Shown here: piece after piece, positions 58,715 to 64,000 of the stretch
How positions within the stretch are numbered: position 1 is the stretch's first letter
How the letters are laid out: each line of letters starts with the position of its first letter
Assembly (NCBI GenBank): GCA_045586595.1
Contig: JAZNAQ010000026.1
Location: 48,200 to 112,199 of the forward strand
Direction: 5' to 3'
DNA length: 64,000 bases
DNA from: Eubacteriales bacterium
GTDB taxonomy: Bacteria; Bacillota; Clostridia; Oscillospirales; JAAYXM01
Position numbers and translations under genes: made by a program
Notes under the pieces: generated by a model
The model's input: only the letters and a program-made list of their open reading frames with translations
What the model was told of the DNA's origin: nothing
Database searches by the model: none

Positions 58715-60400
58715 CTATCTTGCCCTGTATATTTCAACATCTGTATAGTAGAAGTTAATTATATCCTCAGCAGTATTTCCTCTCTCGGCGAGGGCCTTTG
58801 CTCCATTCTGGCTCATTCCTACATTGTGCCCCCAACCTGTTCCTGAAACAACAAACGAAATCTCTCCGGAATTATTATCTGTGTGAACTTTTTCGGAAGG
58901 GTCAAATGTCGTGGTTCCAGATGAAGTGATAACAGACACAGCCTTATTGCTGAGCCTTGACATACCGCTTTGTCCTATTGCAAAAATACTGTCATATGCA
59001 AAATCAACGGTTGAGCCGCCATTATTTACATACATCATTGATGCCGATGACGCAGCCACTTTTCTTGTTACGGTGTATCGTTGGCTGTGTGTGTATTTCT
59101 TATAAGTAGAGCTATAAAGTATTGTTCTTGCCTTTTCTTTTGAGAAGTTAAACTCTTTTCCGTTTTCATCTACAAGAGTAAGGGTTTTAACATTACCCAT
59201 GTCAGTAAACTCTTTAACGTACATATTCACGATTTTAGAGCATGCATAACCTTTTGCGTTGAGGATATATGTAAGTTGGTCAGAATTGTATTCATATGAC
59301 CAACGCCCGTTAATACATGTATCCAAGTCTTCGTTGTTGTCATACACACCACGCAAATAGGGAAGTGTAGCAGACCAAACGTTTTCAGAGTTTTCTGTAG
59401 CACCTCCATCGGATGAATGGAAAACTGCGTTTATAGGCTTTCCGTCATACAAGATATACATTCCATATGTTTCGTCAACCGCCTGATTTGAGTTATCTGT
59501 TGCAGAATTTGCGCCGCTGTATACCTGGCAATCTGTACTGCCGCATACATCAAAGTTTTTCCCGTGTTTTCCATAGTTATAAAGGGCGTAAGTCCTTGCA
59601 CACAGTGCTTGTGCTTTTAATGCCTCAAGCGGCCATTTTGCAGACATTTCATACGGAACAACACCTTTTACATACTCCTGCATAGGCACGAAGTTTATTA
59701 CCGAGATGTTGCCACCGTCTCGGACATATTCAAATCCGCCGTGATACTTGTAGCCCTTAAACCAAGTAAGCGGCATATCAACCTCGCCGAGCGAAGGGTA
59801 AACAGCAAGATTTGCTGAGTTATCATACTCAAACAAAATTTTTCCGTTTGCTGTATTTACCACTGTAACACAACGGCTGTTGTTTCCTACAACGGTTGAA
59901 GTTCCTAAATTAATATACTTTATCACATCTGTCTGAGCCGATGTAAGAGATGCGTAAGAACCTATGCGTATTTTAAAGGTATTGTCATTGAATGCGGGGA
60001 AGGCAGGAATCCCTTGTAAGTTAAGTGAAGTGGCATAGCTCTGTACCTCATCGGCTGTTGAAAAAGCTGTAGCAAGTTCAATATGATACGCACCAATAAG
60101 AGAGCTTCCCGAAGGGGCATCTGATTCATAGAACTTACCGTCATTATAATAAAGGTTTTTATCTTTAAGCATACTTATGCGGTTTGTTGCCGTGGTGCTG
60201 TATTGAGAAACAAAGTTGTGTTCAGAATCAAAAAATCCGAATCGGTAGCCCATTCCTTCTATATTTTGCAAGTTTGCAGACGGCATAGCTGCAGTTCCAT
60301 AGTAAAGCCCAACACGGACAGTGGGATTTGCCTCAGGAGCTGCCAAAGCTGTTATAGCGCACATTATCGAAAATACCGCAAAAATTATAAGCTTTTTCAC
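58715..60400 (-). CDS. SpoIID/LytB domain lytic transglycosylase
   Basis: Signal peptide; YVKGVVPYEM, EALKAQALCARTY, DCQVY, GWGHNVGMSQNGA, II.FYY. Confidence 0.9.
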   Translation of the reverse strand: MKKLIIFAVFSIMCAITALAAPEANPTVRVGLYYGTAAMPSANLQNIEGMGYRFGFFDSEHNFVSQYSTTATNRISMLKDKNLYYNDGKFYESDAPSGSSLIGAYHIELATAFSTADEVQSYATSLNLQGIPAFPAFNDNTFKIRIGSYASLTSAQTDVIKYINLGTSTVVGNNSRCVTVVNTANGKILFEYDNSANLAVYPSLGEVDMPLTWFKGYKYHGGFEYVRDGGNISVINFVPMQEYVKGVVPYEMSAKWPLEALKAQALCARTYALYNYGKHGKNFDVCGSTDCQVYSGANSATDNSNQAVDETYGMYILYDGKPINAVFHSSDGGATENSENVWSATLPYLRGVYDNNEDLDTCINGRWSYEYNSDQLTYILNAKGYACSKIVNMYVKEFTDMGNVKTLTLVDENGKEFNFSKEKARTILYSSTYKKYTHSQRYTVTRKVAASSASMMYVNNGGSTVDFAYDSIFAIGQSGMSRLSNKAVSVITSSGTTTFDPSEKVHTDNNSGEISFVVSGTGWGHNVGMSQNGAKALAERGNTAEDIINFYYTDVEIYRAR

Positions 60401-60478
60401 TTTGGTAAATTCCTTTCGTAGAAGTTAATACAACTTAATTATAACCGTTGTTTCGCTCTTTTTCAACATTGATAAAAA

Positions 60479-62649
<2,171 letters not shown>

Positions 62650-62691
62650 TCAAAATACCTTTGCTTTCTATGTTTTTTTGCGGTTAAAATA

Positions 62692-62721
62692 TTGACATCA
62701 CCGCATAGAACGTGATATTAT
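62692..62721 (+). promoter_or_regulatory. Putative SigA promoter for asd-dapA
   Basis: TTGACA(62692)-18-TATTAT(62716) with TG extension. Confidence 0.6.
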
Positions 62722-62851
62722 TTATTAAATATTATTATATAGATTATATTACAGAGCAACTGTTTTTTCAATAAGCAAATATTATAAAATGCAAACATGA
62801 AAAGCACCTTGCATAATATGTAATGTGAAAGCTATATTCGGAGGTTTTTTA

Positions 62852-63931
62852 ATGAAGTCGTACAAAGTAGGAATTATCGGATGCACAGGTATGGTTGGTC
62901 AGCGTTTTGCGTTGCTTCTTGCAAACCATCCCTGGTTTAATGTAAAGGCACTTGCGGCAAGCGGCCGTTCGGCAGGCAAAACTTATGAAGATGCACTTGG
63001 CGGACGTTGGGCAATGACATCTCCAATCCCCGAAAATTTAAAGAATATGACCGTTTTAGATGCAAGTAATGATGTTGATAAAATCGCGGCTGAGGTTGAC
63101 TTTGTCTTCTGCGCTGTAGATATGCCGAAAGATGAGATTCGCGCTCTTGAAGAACGCTATGCAAAGGCAGAGTGTCCTGTTGTTTCAAACAACAGTGCTC
63201 ACAGATGGACAGATGATGTTCCTATGGTTATTCCGGAAGTTAATCCTGAGCACCTTGAAGTTATCAATTCACAGCGTGAGCGCCTTGGCACAAAGCGTGG
63301 CTTTATAGCTGTTAAGTCAAACTGTTCAATTCAGGGATATGTTCCTGCACTTAACGCTTTGAAAGAATTTGGTCTTACCAAAGCAGTTGCTTGCACATAT
63401 CAGGCTATTTCCGGAGCGGGCAAGACATTTGAGCGTTGGCCAGAAATGGTTGACAACGTCATTCCGTATATCGGCGGCGAAGAAGAAAAATCAGAGCGTG
63501 AACCGCTCAAAGTATGGGGTACAGTCAAAAACGGTGTAATTGAAACAGCAACAGCTCCGTCTATTACCGCACAGTGCATTCGTGTTCCTGTTACTGATGG
63601 GCATATGGCTGCTGTGTTTGCTTCATTTGAAAAGAAACCCGAAATTTCGGAAATTCTCAAGTGCTGGAAAGAATATAAGGGCCGCCCGCAAGAGCTTGAG
63701 CTCCCGAGTGCACCAAAGCAGTATATGCACTATTTTGAAGAAAACGACAGACCACAGACGAAAAACGAGCGCAACCTGGAAAACGGCATGGCTGTTTCTA
63801 TCGGTCGCCTTCGTGAAGATACACAGTATGATGTTAAGTTTATCTGTTTGGTTCACAACACTCTCCGCGGTGCAGCAGGCGGTGCAGTTTTGCTTGCAGA
63901 GCTTTTATGCGCGGAAGGATACATGGACTAA
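62852..63931 (+). CDS. asd: Aspartate-semialdehyde dehydrogenase
   Basis: GCTGMVGQ, SNCS, YQAISGAG, RVPVTDGH, HNTLRGAAGG; ATG after GGAGG. Confidence 0.96.
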   Translation: MKSYKVGIIGCTGMVGQRFALLLANHPWFNVKALAASGRSAGKTYEDALGGRWAMTSPIPENLKNMTVLDASNDVDKIAAEVDFVFCAVDMPKDEIRALEERYAKAECPVVSNNSAHRWTDDVPMVIPEVNPEHLEVINSQRERLGTKRGFIAVKSNCSIQGYVPALNALKEFGLTKAVACTYQAISGAGKTFERWPEMVDNVIPYIGGEEEKSEREPLKVWGTVKNGVIETATAPSITAQCIRVPVTDGHMAAVFASFEKKPEISEILKCWKEYKGRPQELELPSAPKQYMHYFEENDRPQTKNERNLENGMAVSIGRLREDTQYDVKFICLVHNTLRGAAGGAVLLAELLCAEGYMD

Positions 63932-63958
63932 CAGCAGTTTCAGAGAGGACGAAATTAT

Positions 63959-64000
63959 ATGAAAACTCCTATTTTTACAGGCGCTAACGTAGCAATAGTA
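63959..64000 (+). CDS. dapA: 4-hydroxy-tetrahydrodipicolinate synthase (5' fragment)
   Basis: MKTPIFTGANVAIV matches the DapA N-terminus; RBS GAGGA; follows asd; only 14 codons visible. Confidence 0.65.
   Translation, partial: MKTPIFTGANVAIV

Noticed and set aside
62650-62851. Lysine riboswitch before asd, or preQ1 riboswitch before queA
   Set aside because: The interval is short and very AT-rich; I could not see the conserved aptamer stems.

Overview
64 kb of chromosome from a spore-forming, low-GC Firmicute, most like Clostridia (Oscillospiraceae/Ruminococcaceae-type gene order; taxonomy is inferred). Most of the window is housekeeping and sporulation: glyA, rarA, spoIIAA-spoIIAB-sigF, ppa, RR-HK-htrA, FMN riboswitch-ribU, ppdK, dacF-like, cdaA-cdaR, yicC-remA-rpoZ-priA-def-fmt-rsmB-rlmN-stp-pknB-rsgA, radA, nusB-xseAB-ispA-dxs-tlyA-nadK-argR-recN, rsmA, cca, yajC, tgt, queA, asd and the start of dapA. 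Two regions stand out. (1) A ~608-nt OLE RNA (47213-47820) with its own promoter and the oapA partner gene lies between ispA and dxs; the ORF track shows only spurious frames there. (2) An AT-rich run of co-oriented accessory genes (~11985-16730) has a shared junction motif, TTTG-YYYYY-A(A/C)C-TTGA(C/T)A, sitting at or just after stop codons. The same run holds duplicated and truncated gene pieces, a REP/MITE-like palindrome and an unannotated 26-aa membrane peptide. It looks like an integron-like gene-cassette array with no recombinase in the window. All calls come from reading the sequence by eye; no database searches were run.
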